This document shows, piece after piece, positions 19,001 to 24,542 of a stretch of 64,000 bases of DNA. Within the stretch, counting starts at the first letter, position 1. Each line of letters opens with the position of its first letter. The translations under genes were made by a program, and so were the position numbers. A model generated the notes under the pieces. That model was not told the origin of the DNA. It worked only from the letters and a program-made list of their open reading frames with translations, and made no database searches. The stretch is from a virus, in the IMG/VR virus record IMGVR_UViG_3300045988_137103. The stretch is one strand, 5' to 3'.

Positions 19001-20528
19001 GCTGATACTGCTGATTGGCAATATCCTCCAGCCAGTTCTGGTAGTCCGTCTGAACAGCCTTGCGAGTAATCTTACCCACAATAGTGTTACCCAAGCCATT
19101 CTTCCAGATGTACTCAGCACTACCCTTAGGCATCATACCCTTAATCTCCAACTGATCGAGTTCATTTTTAAGAACAGAATTGATCATCGGCTTGAACTGC
19201 TTAGGATCACTACTCTGAGTGCCATTCAAGCCATATCGCTGCATCACCTTAAATGCCGCATTGCTCATATCATTCAGGAACTCCGGATTCCGGTAGAGCC
19301 TGCCAAACTTCTTCTGCAAACTAGAAAGCACCTTTGCAGGATCCTTGGCCTCGTTTGCCTCATACTGAGCACCAAGTGCTGTACCCAGACGAAGATTAGC
19401 CGGAATAAACTGGCTTCCTTCCATTCCCTCCGTAAATGCCTTACTGCCTGCCTCCTGAGCCTTGTTGTACTCATCCACTACAGATGGATTCACATACTTA
19501 CTGATAACGCTAGAAAGCGCATCATTGATGTCCTGATTCATCAGTCTGTCCTGCACATGCTCATCATGAGAATAGAGGCGTGTAGCAATACCCTCAGCGA
19601 TGTCACGATAGTTCGGGCCATACTTGTTAACCAAACTCTGCACCATAGCTGGTTTCAAGAATTGTCCCACATAGTCATCATAGCTGATACCCATGCTGTC
19701 AGCCTCCTGCTTCAACTTATCCTGCACACCATGGCTATACCATTGTGCTTCGATACTCTTCTCAGCATCCTGCACAGTATCATCAGGCAAAGAAGAAACA
19801 ACCTGGTTAGTTACGTCCATGGCTGAACGGTTGGCATATCTGCCCAGAGCAGACTGCACCATCTTAACAGCCTCCTCATTGTTATTGGCAGTACCATCAG
19901 CTAACAAGTCGGCAACCATATTTTCGAAGTAAGTACCCTGCTTATCCGGTCTCTGCTTCCAGTTCTCCAGATAGTTGGCAAACTTGGCATCCATCATGCC
20001 TTCATTATTCACCACACCAGTTGGAGTTGTAACAGGAGCCACTTCCTTAGATTCAGGAGAAGCGTGCTGCACAGTACTTTGCGGTTGATTATTGTTCACA
20101 CTTGGCTGGTTAGCCTCTTGTGGCTGATTGTCTCCACCAAACAAGCCTGAAACAGTAGAAATCATCTTTCCTGGCATTTCCTTCAATTTATCCACAAAGT
20201 CATTACCAAAGTCTTTCACTGCTTCGGGAACCCTGTCTTTTCCTTCATTAGAAGAAGACGGATGCGCTGAAGGTTGCGCCACCTGCTGTTTTGTCTCAGT
20301 AGAAGCACTCTGATTCGTAGCAGAAGTAGATGGAGCTGGCTCCAACACCATCTTATCAAAGTCTGCCTGTGTTCCTACATCATAACCCATGTTCTTGGCC
20401 TCATTGTAGTACCAGTCACGATCTTCCTTGTTGTTCAAGTCCTTTTTAAAGTCATCATAGCTACCTACTTCATAGCCATTGTTCTTGAACTCATTATAAA
20501 AATATTGTCTGTCTTGCTCGTCAAACAT
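4098..20528 (-). CDS. Giant polyvalent multidomain protein (5,476 aa), probably a virion-packaged or ejected effector
   Basis: Uninterrupted 16,431-nt ORF under the standard code. Embedded motifs are listed as sub-features below. It is the last gene of a three-gene operon behind a late promoter. Confidence 0.9.
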   Translation of the reverse strand: MFDEQDRQYFYNEFKNNGYEVGSYDDFKKDLNNKEDRDWYYNEAKNMGYDVGTQADFDKMVLEPAPSTSATNQSASTETKQQVAQPSAHPSSSNEGKDRVPEAVKDFGNDFVDKLKEMPGKMISTVSGLFGGDNQPQEANQPSVNNNQPQSTVQHASPESKEVAPVTTPTGVVNNEGMMDAKFANYLENWKQRPDKQGTYFENMVADLLADGTANNNEEAVKMVQSALGRYANRSAMDVTNQVVSSLPDDTVQDAEKSIEAQWYSHGVQDKLKQEADSMGISYDDYVGQFLKPAMVQSLVNKYGPNYRDIAEGIATRLYSHDEHVQDRLMNQDINDALSSVISKYVNPSVVDEYNKAQEAGSKAFTEGMEGSQFIPANLRLGTALGAQYEANEAKDPAKVLSSLQKKFGRLYRNPEFLNDMSNAAFKVMQRYGLNGTQSSDPKQFKPMINSVLKNELDQLEIKGMMPKGSAEYIWKNGLGNTIVGKITRKAVQTDYQNWLEDIANQQYQPGFWENVASGALTFAGDAWSYWLPGAAGGKLTKSMVAKAEGKLAGDLMAKGMERKMAERAAKVLIGKSKAAALKGGAAHGAVTFGGQSAISKPIDEIYRTGQFDENGKIYNPSVGKVIANTLGEVAKQSAVGAIMQGGTIANMVGKGRGLATNILADIGGKVVDSGIMTGQQLLERMAHDPNFKPTGKDAAETFLESGANLLSIGFPGFVGKYARFKDAREFNKKFDFTDQDIAELKRFGYDGLRDAFEKMGIGEYAMVGENAQRLDGQLTQKYMDLMNDKSVPEVLKAKMMAVVEGKRPSSFSPIVDSIIVQPMDNGGKVYLETLNKDGGVVDRKEYSSLDEAQKADKKLEYDKTLGLASVLEGEFHNEFTQEHLDGLYNKAAQKYNMGEKLTDEDKAAVYLHQNAGAIKEIMDKQQKGVILTDEEQKQVNAYRHYYDSALENSSVMREFVNTFEDSHGVARGTLRKALESKDKKYAPLVESYLKELYNSIELKREMKQIEDDKKRIEQGDVDGAKPPTPVEGPASVEGSASGQEPPVSEEPAPYQDRTNSVPTPSDAEVAANPANSAAEGAGNEPKVASSDAFVMGQNAYKNGDSEALQAIDYNSDLATGRLKRAFADNEKMPDIVANAYNEGRDMEQFVAQRASLTPAQKEAISKYVEAMDAKKGAIDALQHADDGYGEALKQQLWPYQTEDGNIVSATLDSGKQVFLKKANEYGGAFVVVPDEQGQPMIKQVSNAEIKEVGTPVSLDEYIENAVAQQKDARAQQFISQFDGSGLKPNDQVTVAMEEGDANINMTFAGYSKDGKIVLTDGKDYLPLSKEEFAAWRKNALDNTINEHLDAEDDEREQKAVSQAEADKKQRYANGIVGLSEGQPDYSSKDTDPNVAAEYLQEQFGEDHGKLLNLVNGSRDDIKTQLANKRKAAIEYQNWLDTNSDLDPEKAKKVEDELSLVNEQIADLDARFKNWNTIRNSVMTPDEVKAMKEERKAEVEKAGVDESAIVPSDDFHVLVLDDKELKKQYPTMDEATDYITSQRKDIYHTQEDVERKINGVNDMLDQYINGETELDPSQLMELNTTKAQLEALQTNLSVAAKGLKAQANKLSRLYKTEVSKQEMEKLGMTPSEQRKALVADALKKNDMKAIHEIYKDASVDVMDLTPQTLEEAVSESLLPHSLNPESLQYELGKSNFKFGIGKGYDSNKFNYLIAKKGTGMSVNEFAVRVYNDLPVNLQDMGYTDQDVRNTLLDMFKSYDCVKEMRNVALMNRIAAAEDELSSEEEYYEAQKEREIIERQAEIEKYKSYIHEKELSLPPESELDHINGLEFDRMMEIEDREREYKQYVKSILPELADYDDRSNEEGYGGGSSLGSDSSRRGVDEGNSQGEEVGNGEASSESEIGEGSDSGRKGRQETGSMEPGEGSAVRGSHLPQEASFGERLKSAIAETETEPTEAQKKAGNYKKGHLSFGGYDYTVETPKGVTRSGKDEQGKPWSVTMHDTYGYILGKIGVDGDHIDMFINDAADLDTFDGNVYVVDQVNPETGEFDEHKVMYGYPSEEAATEAYLANYSKGWKGLGKVTSVPKTTFDKWLESSDRKTKPFAEYAMVQKEQAKFDRDVKEVKPSEMTEAQKVAYDTVSTMLKKAGIPVKVVSNEDMEKVAEAQDNLAVEMLLNDPRLRFYIKTPEQKEAAKAAYDWAAKNRPDKFKQYAIVNMDNPNQPPQYFEKKDLAEKWRKYYTNAWKIGNYKAFNLNKPFEEQIKDVKGDVPSEFDPYKAESLLNKRIELEKQIKETEDSYNAKKKERAEYQNQLMQDYMDQHGLSSENDIPDDVWTDYRDKSFEKYQDTLDDLFHKYVELDNQLKAVAEPGVQYLKGKGVVYGYTDGKQIVLNAEHLNPNTPIHEYQHLWRTAAKNMNPELIEHGDKLIMQTQLFADLKKDPNYKHLSDDEICDEAFARLTGEDGEAILEQMAKDAIKENPLDTAKELSVINKLKEWLKKFWYWTLETFTKWKPEDIKKMTLEDIRNLVLRDLANGVDPRNVLKGQMTKDEAVSLRQQMADNAEPERILEHTEDNWLQDFGKDGRVNTPIGSIKLGENQYKKAGREDRIKRFGLLKPTLERPDVILEKPAPKEGAERQTKYLFVKSFKKVDGTKILNFESITVKQGEDEVSISAHQIEPSKLLKELTESKMLWNRFRGDSNSLGENQGSALTPSANNPSGKDSVLNPHSDAKIRNSFEITKENGGNLSVEDKIKAVSQQFGVDEADVAMYANAVKKGSTAEAARARANIKRHLMQVNEGNIFSFKDVVKYTKPINEALKENFGDLDAMIEERIKQVEAERNAMEAARKRAEEEEAKRKKHLEELSLIPDDKLDKQYMDALSKGDDATAREMLDEAARRKGYDDTESAYQGVGAWAAPRNPGYESDKARRDDWESSGSDVNLEDMALGYTPQPDDYFSHPERYSQNTPHGLESVKAINTAIDAIKNGEKDVKVKVYRAVPTSVKEGKLRNGDWVTPSKKYAEMHGTNRLEGKYRIIEDEVPATQLWWDGNDANEFGFDDGKEYKYKNAKNNRKLNDLVTYDDEGDVIPPSKRFNSRKSDIRFMFAGEKGAAEADKADERTIRMDNLDVAKQMEEAKKDAKVIKMATGWEKGVDGKWRYEMPDAKIKDTIDVGGGNIVKRFEEDMLWTDGKLEDAVDAPKLFEAYPQLKNIKIHTDAVMNDMPSNGEYNPQTKTITIHADELKYLNSILNHEIQHVIQREEGFAHGGTPEQVERDFNAAKVEWKARSYAFELEEKAKEMGGEYNQSAVEKALIQEYKDMDMPEFIPDKETRIKGFNYFARGYADRSMDDAIKRFRLDRFQRTDFDSYQEYRKLAGEVESRNVEKRLGMTDEERRNSLASETEDVNRDEQIVMNGNDASYSIVKDPETIKKLDKEDTVKVYRAMQVGEDGKLYPPMAAKVKGKFVEPIELGKWEQADERPELADDKGMFTLNKGNGKSLKAAYNPYLHTSRTPLNDQFSEAQNRPNIVTVEVEVPKSELTSGYKADKAKDAVGEVEWKAGIIQGQLTGKRKVVLSRWDKPVRIVPDSEVADVIVNDMFKGKNITMPSNVVTPSLRKELEKRGVPFVETDNRGRIVGGENDGVHYSKVYGKNAQSPILEQKLKKHPDSLMKAGTYFSGGGLVEEGLKGIIDPVVAVEYDRKISGVYRNNFGQHIVTADVRDVDPKELVKQIDGEVEYFHASPVCKNYSQAKSNSGEVELDKETAKSTADFIDAVKPRVVTIENVKGYKDSEAMKIITQALDKNGYKWDVDVYNAADFGGYTSRERLIVRAVKDGELPEKPKKQPRKGGWLEAVEDILPTLTVKESGVAPWMDARLKVDGIDWQKVEKPLYVMGSAYADGKIPHAYGDEILPTLRTKSGDVIIMPGGKVLRADGRVLARITGLGDDYKLPKTESLAHTIIGNGIPVQLTQGVIAPLLNKDDLSGRNVLARLGSSIFKNNWDADKQKQVSDRVVNTANKLGGAEATVYTSVDEVPDAYLSDVKNGATGWYDPTTHTVHVYLPNCADANEAERTVLHEKIGHEGMEVLLGGEDGVRKFANFVYRSVGKDVRGKIIDFANKYDPDWKNPDRMNVGTQEYIAHLAEEGPKTAEDFSLWTKIKHYLIKVLKKLGVRVPGLLNDKDLRYYLMKAGKALHVWDEMPQEKQEAMMKQASNAEIKDALGDGAGKGKPRQKKGESTIQYMKRVQEWRKWQNAREDKENPEPPMFYDIDKDEVGKKEWAKLNKDWRERHHLVGEEPTGMPIRMEGEEDAAYMNRIHEYEKWQSAMKDQEDPLPDMFAFEKKKQEEVKRKYEDWLAKHDLLEQQQADLDLYEGKIYPAETNPKADALEQQVMQDLAEVTSTDVSKEGAAKTVKHAVIHRRKNMEEASADDAIYINDVKNRIEKMADSGVFDKLLSDYKGKKNRAEKLAETIPYIIEAPRRLRDMAQNLNATGVFDKGHIHIQPADVEAIQPYVTDLITETAKKHTEIKKGKEIEVYDDPKAVSEVASKMAQAINANHQGEEGFVPCDGTDILSKHVLKLVKERVVPGRINYKELSPEMQAAIDSIRDWYNYTYDWLMDNHTLKAGTGYNVDYVNHIWDKEKSDPEAYATFVENRQRTKSPNEKKRTISTLMEGVYAGLVPKTTDITKMMAYYSRSNIEAWANKTMLQELTGLNVIERNEKGEVISTDPLLSSSAPFNLEQYKYFEIPGVGPVWVYNVSPKQVKVKNPITDNEKVLYSEASAGDRFGVVFDTYQSSPFWKTFDTLASSAKKLELGFSGFHAGALTEVYMVQNMVEFGPKKAMANFMKYIFADTAKNHELPCFANPEDFQEAASHLVKFGATNDYAAADVQNMFDNMRDAMIKVQKKLKDGNKISGTVAKASMPLKVATQMLSLINKGMDVALWDFLHDGLKLATYRMRADKTKERAKKKGWTEEELSRALDEDGQFVNDMFGGQHWDVLGASHRTLRYAGRVLLSSDWNASTTRHFLALTGFGSIWNEATFENFKQYYKRLKHKELAPEDEGRRSRQISALLCYGIGFMVFYEGIANGINAAFRALDEEKERKKAEEIRKTNPSYKSMYELAYGDEGIKWYDYLMRGNSLGQQSKIFLGRYEDGTEMYVRHGKQFREVPEYLFNHKGELEFPGPMVQRMIGKANPMVRMTLDDINYLSDFQASHADQEIQRKYGKTIGLLYKDALYWAPFLIPSQENKEFKAVDFFFPSSKGFSPWKAQSYFKDFILSGDMEGVVMTYQSCQRNGIDPEAQIKAAIGSVKALESAEMSDGVTSLQEASKRFDTAKSITEKKKMRQKMKKFLSQSDYKAFTQKEALDMVQGYLNGDEDLKEMEKAESKYLIKAKAEDVTEDWRIQNVWNGTMETYQEYQRLKDVDKAKANAFKNSKTNKRLFAARKAISAARRKMNKAKKQMDGTNDAAKLVEIRNTRKELLKTLNGME
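5290..5380 (-). other. Predicted transmembrane helix within the giant protein
   Basis: Hydrophobic stretch ISALLCYGIGFMVFYEGIANGINAAF flanked by basic residues (RRSRQ...). Confidence 0.4.
8300..8340 (-). other. Degenerate metal-binding motif LHEKIGHEG within the giant protein
   Basis: HExxxH-type motif in the context TVLHEKIGHEGMEVLLGG. It resembles N-terminal modules I recall from large plasmid and phage polyvalent proteins. Function not established. Confidence 0.3.
8640..9550 (-). other. C5 cytosine DNA methyltransferase core domain inside the giant protein
   Basis: Ordered motifs: I AGTYFSGGGL (about 9511-9540), IV HASPVCKNYS, VI VVTIENVKGY (about 9190-9225), X IIGNGIPVQL (about 8645-8690). 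Confidence 0.8.
10380..11115 (-). other. Zincin-like metallopeptidase module inside the giant protein
   Basis: ATGWEKGVDGKWRYE, then NHEIQHVIQREEGF (HExxH at about 10781-10797), then YRKLAGEVESRNVEKR. I recognise this combination from polyvalent proteins of phages and plasmids. Confidence 0.55.
13311..13337 (-). other. Second HExxH zincin motif (PIHEYQHLW) inside the giant protein
   Basis: HEYQH read directly from the reverse complement of 13311-13337, preceded by a short beta-rich segment (VVYGYTDGKQIVLNAEHL). Confidence 0.45.
14250..14660 (-). other. Inorganic pyrophosphatase-like segment inside the giant protein
   Basis: AGNYKKGH, then GVDGDHIDMFIND, then VDQVNPETGEFDEHKV, then YSKGWKGLGKV. 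This resembles the DGDPxDxxV acidic core and the C-terminal KGKW region of family I PPases. Catalytic competence is unknown. Confidence 0.4.
20343..20528 (-). repeat. N-terminal tandem ~30-aa repeat of the giant protein
   Basis: RQYFYNEFKNNGYEVGSYDDFKKDL followed by RDWYYNEAKNMGYDVGTQADFDKMV. Confidence 0.6.
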
Positions 20529-20557
20529 ACTTTATCTGATTTTTGATTAATATTCCG

Positions 20558-21853
20558 TTACTTTCTTCTCGATGGTGGAACCTTGCTTCCACCGCCCCTA
20601 CGTGAAGGAGGAACCTTACTGCCACCTCTGCCTCTACGAGAAGGAGGAGTTCGGTCAAACTTCATCTGAGCCTTTGCCCATCTTGAAGCCTGCTGGCGGT
20701 TCTTCTCGTTAGCCCAGGTTCCACCCCTGCCATCATTTCCACCGATAGACATACCATTATTCTCTGCCCACTTGTTTACAAGTTTCTTAAACTTCGGGTC
20801 ATTAACATACTGGGTGTTGAAATCGTCAGCCTCTTTCTGGTTGGCATTTTTCTGATTCTGTCCCTCGGTTTGCGAATTGATATGCCTTACTTGCGCTCCC
20901 TTAACGACAACGCTAGCATTATGGTCGGCTGCTCCGGCATTGGCATTGTTTGCTTGAGCATCAAGTAATTTTCCCTTCTTGCCTCTCAAAGCATCCTCAG
21001 TCTCCTTCTTAGAAGTACTAAGTGCAGCCTGTGCGGCAGCAGCATTGCCTCTCTCTTTCTCCGTCTGAACCTTAACAGGAGTAAGAGCATCCTCTTGTGC
21101 TTTCTGTGAGCCACGATAAGCAGCCAGAGCCTCATTAGCCTTTACAGCAGCCTCTGCTTGCATCTGTGCTTGCTTGTTTTGTCTATCCTTCCAGATATTC
21201 ACCATCATCTGTTTATATCCCTTGGCACGAAGAGCATCAGTAGCCTCTCTTATCTTGCGCTGGCGATCAGTAAGGTCTTGCGCTGATTCTATCTTCTGCG
21301 ATGGAGCACCTTGAACTGTACCAAAGAAATTACCCAAGTGCATGAAAAGGTTACCCCATTGTTCCCATTTGGCTTGCTTTTCTGCCTTCTTTTGCAGAGC
21401 TGCATTTGACGCCACGGTTTTATCCGCATCACCAAGTGAAGAGAGCCAAGGCATGAAGGCAGACCAGTTTCCATCACCATTCTTCTGGTAGTCCCTCATG
21501 ATGTCATACGGCTTCATCTGCTGCAAGATAGGATTCTGCTCTATCTCGGCATAAGGCCTGCTCCAGTCGATTGTGATACCTGTATTAGGCGTTACTTTAG
21601 TAACAGCTTCTGCTGGCTGTTCTGCGAAAGATTCATGACCGGCATTCCCAGTAATACCAGTAGTATCAATAGCTGTATTCTTAACTGGTTCTGTAGGTGT
21701 AGTATCAATAGCCGTATTATTCACCTGCTCAGTAGTCGTATTCTGAACAGGTGTTTCTTCCGGCTGATCCACATTATCAGAAGAAAAATCAGTAAAAGGA
21801 GTTGTTGCTGTTGCCGGGCGTTTAGGAGTTAAATCATCAAAAGTAAATCCCAT
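20558..21853 (-). CDS. Hypothetical internal-virion or ejection protein candidate (431 aa)
   Basis: Lys/Ala/Gln-rich coiled-coil centre. N-terminal NTAIDTT repeats. C-terminal tandem GGSKVPPSRR repeats giving a basic tail. Middle gene of the operon that ends in the giant ORF. Confidence 0.7.
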   Translation of the reverse strand: MGFTFDDLTPKRPATATTPFTDFSSDNVDQPEETPVQNTTTEQVNNTAIDTTPTEPVKNTAIDTTGITGNAGHESFAEQPAEAVTKVTPNTGITIDWSRPYAEIEQNPILQQMKPYDIMRDYQKNGDGNWSAFMPWLSSLGDADKTVASNAALQKKAEKQAKWEQWGNLFMHLGNFFGTVQGAPSQKIESAQDLTDRQRKIREATDALRAKGYKQMMVNIWKDRQNKQAQMQAEAAVKANEALAAYRGSQKAQEDALTPVKVQTEKERGNAAAAQAALSTSKKETEDALRGKKGKLLDAQANNANAGAADHNASVVVKGAQVRHINSQTEGQNQKNANQKEADDFNTQYVNDPKFKKLVNKWAENNGMSIGGNDGRGGTWANEKNRQQASRWAKAQMKFDRTPPSRRGRGGSKVPPSRRGGGSKVPPSRRK

Positions 21854-21867
21854 AATAACCTCCTTTT

Positions 21868-22371
21868 TTAAATTGGTAACTTACTTGCTGCTCCAGCCAA
21901 TCCACCAGCAGCATCTGTGATACCCTGTGCAGTAGAAAGAGCTTTCTCCTTCTTGGCAGTGGCGATGTAGTTAGTCATCTGGTCTATCTGCGAATCAGCA
22001 GTATTCCAGACATTTTCTTTCGTTTGAGCACCTTGCACGGCAGCCTCTTGCATCATCTTGCCAACCTGTTCTTGGGCAGCCTGCTTACTCAGCGCAACAG
22101 ATTCATCTGAGCCGCCACTAACAATATTGGTATTCTTTGCTGTCTGCGTAGCATTATCCAATACCTTCTGGGCATTGGTCACGGCAACCTGATTCTCAGC
22201 AGACTGAGTAGGATCCTGGTAATACAAATTGTCCCGATGATCCTTCACCTGTTGCATACGGTCTTGAAACATTTTGATATATTCATTATATCCCTTGTTT
22301 CTTGCTTTGGCTGCTAGAGCACCACCTACAGCAGAGGTTACTCCACCAGCAATACTTCCTATTAATCCCAT
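21868..22371 (-). CDS. Small Gly-zipper protein (167 aa), first gene of the giant-protein operon
   Basis: GxxxG-rich hydrophobic segments at both termini (GLIGSIAGGVTSAVGGALAA and AAGGLAGAASKL). Lies directly downstream of a late promoter. Confidence 0.7.
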   Translation of the reverse strand: MGLIGSIAGGVTSAVGGALAAKARNKGYNEYIKMFQDRMQQVKDHRDNLYYQDPTQSAENQVAVTNAQKVLDNATQTAKNTNIVSGGSDESVALSKQAAQEQVGKMMQEAAVQGAQTKENVWNTADSQIDQMTNYIATAKKEKALSTAQGITDAAGGLAGAASKLPI

Positions 22372-22400
22372 AAAATTCGAATTTTAATGTTTAAACTGTT

Positions 22401-22482
22401 CAAAAGTAATGCGTTTTTTGCAAAGGTTATTGATAAATTGCGCAACTCAAACACCCATATATGATATTTTTCTGTATATTTG
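22401..22482. promoter_or_regulatory. Bidirectional promoter centred on palindrome TTGCGCAA (22438-22445)
   Basis: The minus-strand -7 box TACTTTTG (CAAAAGTA at 22401-22408) and the plus-strand TATATTTG (22475-22482) each lie exactly 29 nt from the octamer. TTTATCA flanks the octamer on the minus-strand side. Confidence 0.65.
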
Positions 22483-22522
22483 CACCCGAAAACTATCAGT
22501 AAACATTAAAAATCAATAGAAT

Positions 22523-22906
22523 ATGGCAGTAAAACAAGAAAATAATAATGAGCCAAAGCCAAAAAGGAAGAAGACTGGCGGACGCAAGGCAGGCACACCT
22601 AATAAGGTTACCAAAAGTGTTCGTGAAAGTCTACGTGATGCCCTTACTGGCTACATCAATGGTATCAATGAGAAGAACTATTCTCTTTTCACGGATCTCA
22701 TGCAGATTCAAGAGCCTGCCGGACGTCTGGCGATGGTGGCAAAGTTCCTTCCATACGTGGCTCCTAAACTCCAGTCTGTATCGTTCAATAATGATGAATC
22801 CAGAAACTTATCTGTGGAGGAATCTTTCATGCAGTTGGAAGAGAAATTTGAGAAACAAGAAACCACTATCAACATCAAAAATCTCAAAATTGTTAATAAT
22901 GGCTAA
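22523..22906 (+). CDS. Basic DNA-binding-like protein (127 aa), function unknown
   Basis: N-terminal KRKKTGGRKAGTPNKVTK motif. Convergent with the integrase. Could be a small-terminase-like or recombination-directionality-type protein, but nothing decisive supports either. Confidence 0.65.
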   Translation: MAVKQENNNEPKPKRKKTGGRKAGTPNKVTKSVRESLRDALTGYINGINEKNYSLFTDLMQIQEPAGRLAMVAKFLPYVAPKLQSVSFNNDESRNLSVEESFMQLEEKFEKQETTINIKNLKIVNNG

Positions 22907-22917
22907 TTATAAAAAAT

Positions 22918-22962
22918 GGGTAGCCCTCTCTAAATTTTCTTCAACTTTAGAGAAGACTACCC
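22918..22962. terminator. Long imperfect hairpin between convergent genes
   Basis: GGGTAGCCCTCTCTAAA, then loop, then TTTAGAGAAGACTACCC, lying between the 22523-22906 ORF and the integrase stop. Confidence 0.5.
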
Positions 22963-23039
22963 TTGACTTGGTTATCGAGCAAAAACGCTCTATTTTAACT
23001 TATATTGGGTCAATTTTAATCTGTATTAACACAAAATAG

Positions 23040-24542
23040 CTATTTTATGTCCCTGACTCGTTCAAAGTACTTCGTCTGGTCCTTGGTGATATTCTTCACC
23101 TTGATCTGTATCGTGCAGTTCTTAGGCACAGTATCATTTATGCTGGCCATGAGCTGCTCTATTATCTCATCTGTGTTCTTGTAGCCCTTGCCATCCACAT
23201 GAGCCACAACCTCGCCCATGAAGTAGGCATCAGCACAAAGTTCAAACGTCTCCTCGACCTTATCAAATTCAGGCACATGATACTCCTGCATTCGCCTGCT
23301 TGGATCATTGGTAAAGAAGACCTTCTCCACCACCTTCTCATTTAGTTCCCAAGCCCTAGAGAAATCTGGCTTCACATATCCGCTTGTTATCCTATGAGCT
23401 GTTGCATGATTCATAGCAAAGCCAATCTCTGCATAGTTGGCACCAATATCATTCTGGGCTACTGTGGCCCAAGTGTGCCGGAATGTATAAGGAGTATAAA
23501 AATTATCATCAGGCATACCCAAATAGTTCTTACAGATAGCTTTAATGAAATGTACCAAATTCGTATCCATAGAACGATTAGTGGAATACATTTTATGAAA
23601 AATAAATAGATAAGGGTCACTTTCCTCAGAAAAATATTTCTCCAAGGTTGGTAAAAGCATATCCGGCACCCTCATTTCTATATACGCTTTATCATAACGA
23701 CGCGTACTTGTTTTCTTTCTCTCATAGTGCAAGATTCCATCATAATAGTCCACCTTTTTCATTTTCATGAGGTCAGCTACATTGATGCCAGCCAAGCACA
23801 ATATCATCTTGCAAACATCCAGAGCCAACTGCTGCCGTGGATATTCAGGAGTAACGGCAAAAAACTTTCTACACTCCTCCAGCGATATGGCACGCTTGTG
23901 TGGACCTGCTTTTTTCTCTATCTTTATCTTATTCCAAGGATTGAATTTTATTGGCATAAGACCTGCCTCCTCATCATTAAATTTCTTGATACCTTCCAAA
24001 TAAATACGCTTAACCAAAGAAGGATAATAATTTCTGCTACTAGGCTTATTCTCCATGGTTTTCATCCATGCTGTCAGAAAACGTACAGTTAAGTGCGAAA
24101 ACATTACCTTATCAGTACCAGCAAAGTTTTCCAAATGTTTCAAAGCACTTTCATAAATTTGGCGTGATGAAGGCTGCAAAGAAAGTGATTGAAGATAAGA
24201 ACGAGCAAATTCAGAAAAACAAATATCCTGGGCAGAAGTCAAAAGGTAATCTCTAACCTTATAAACAGACCAGTCAGTTATATCAAGTCTGTTCAATTTG
24301 TCAACCCAGCCATTTATTTGGCTCATACAGGCTGCGAGCACGAATGAGTCCTTCACCTCTTTCGTGCCCTTAACCAATCCTTTGTCTGTTACAAACTTAT
24401 CGGTCTTAACTACCAACTTTTGACGGTTATGCAGTATTCTAATGTAAACTGGATAATAACCATCAGAACGTTTCTTTGAAACTACCACTTTAAATGTTGC
24501 CATATTACCATATTTTTTTGCAACTGTTTTGCAACATTGCAT
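23040..24542 (-). CDS. int: Tyrosine recombinase / phage integrase (Bacteroides type)
   Basis: N-terminal arm-binding-like MATFKVVVSKKRSDGYYPVYIRI. Catalytic-region motifs YERKKT, FRHTWAT and MNHATAHRITSGY. The start is more likely ATG at 24503 (MATFKV) than at 24542. About 110 extra residues follow the catalytic Tyr. Confidence 0.85.
   Translation of the reverse strand: MQCCKTVAKKYGNMATFKVVVSKKRSDGYYPVYIRILHNRQKLVVKTDKFVTDKGLVKGTKEVKDSFVLAACMSQINGWVDKLNRLDITDWSVYKVRDYLLTSAQDICFSEFARSYLQSLSLQPSSRQIYESALKHLENFAGTDKVMFSHLTVRFLTAWMKTMENKPSSRNYYPSLVKRIYLEGIKKFNDEEAGLMPIKFNPWNKIKIEKKAGPHKRAISLEECRKFFAVTPEYPRQQLALDVCKMILCLAGINVADLMKMKKVDYYDGILHYERKKTSTRRYDKAYIEMRVPDMLLPTLEKYFSEESDPYLFIFHKMYSTNRSMDTNLVHFIKAICKNYLGMPDDNFYTPYTFRHTWATVAQNDIGANYAEIGFAMNHATAHRITSGYVKPDFSRAWELNEKVVEKVFFTNDPSRRMQEYHVPEFDKVEETFELCADAYFMGEVVAHVDGKGYKNTDEIIEQLMASINDTVPKNCTIQIKVKNITKDQTKYFERVRDIK

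Noticed and set aside
4185-20546. Dozens of plus-strand ORFs of 60-353 aa antisense to the giant gene (for example 8079-9005, 9336-10079, 13872-14705, 18765-19826).
   Set aside because: All lie wholly inside the uninterrupted 16.4-kb minus-strand ORF. Their Leu/Ser/His/Ile-rich composition is typical of antisense translation, and they have no promoters or motifs. They are treated as shadows of the real gene.
22548-23039. A 163-aa plus-strand ORF overlapping 22523-22906 in another frame and running through the terminator hairpin.
   Set aside because: The 22523 frame has the better start context after the -7 box and a plausible DNA-binding N-terminus. The alternative is Ser/Arg/Leu-rich and crosses the intergenic hairpin.
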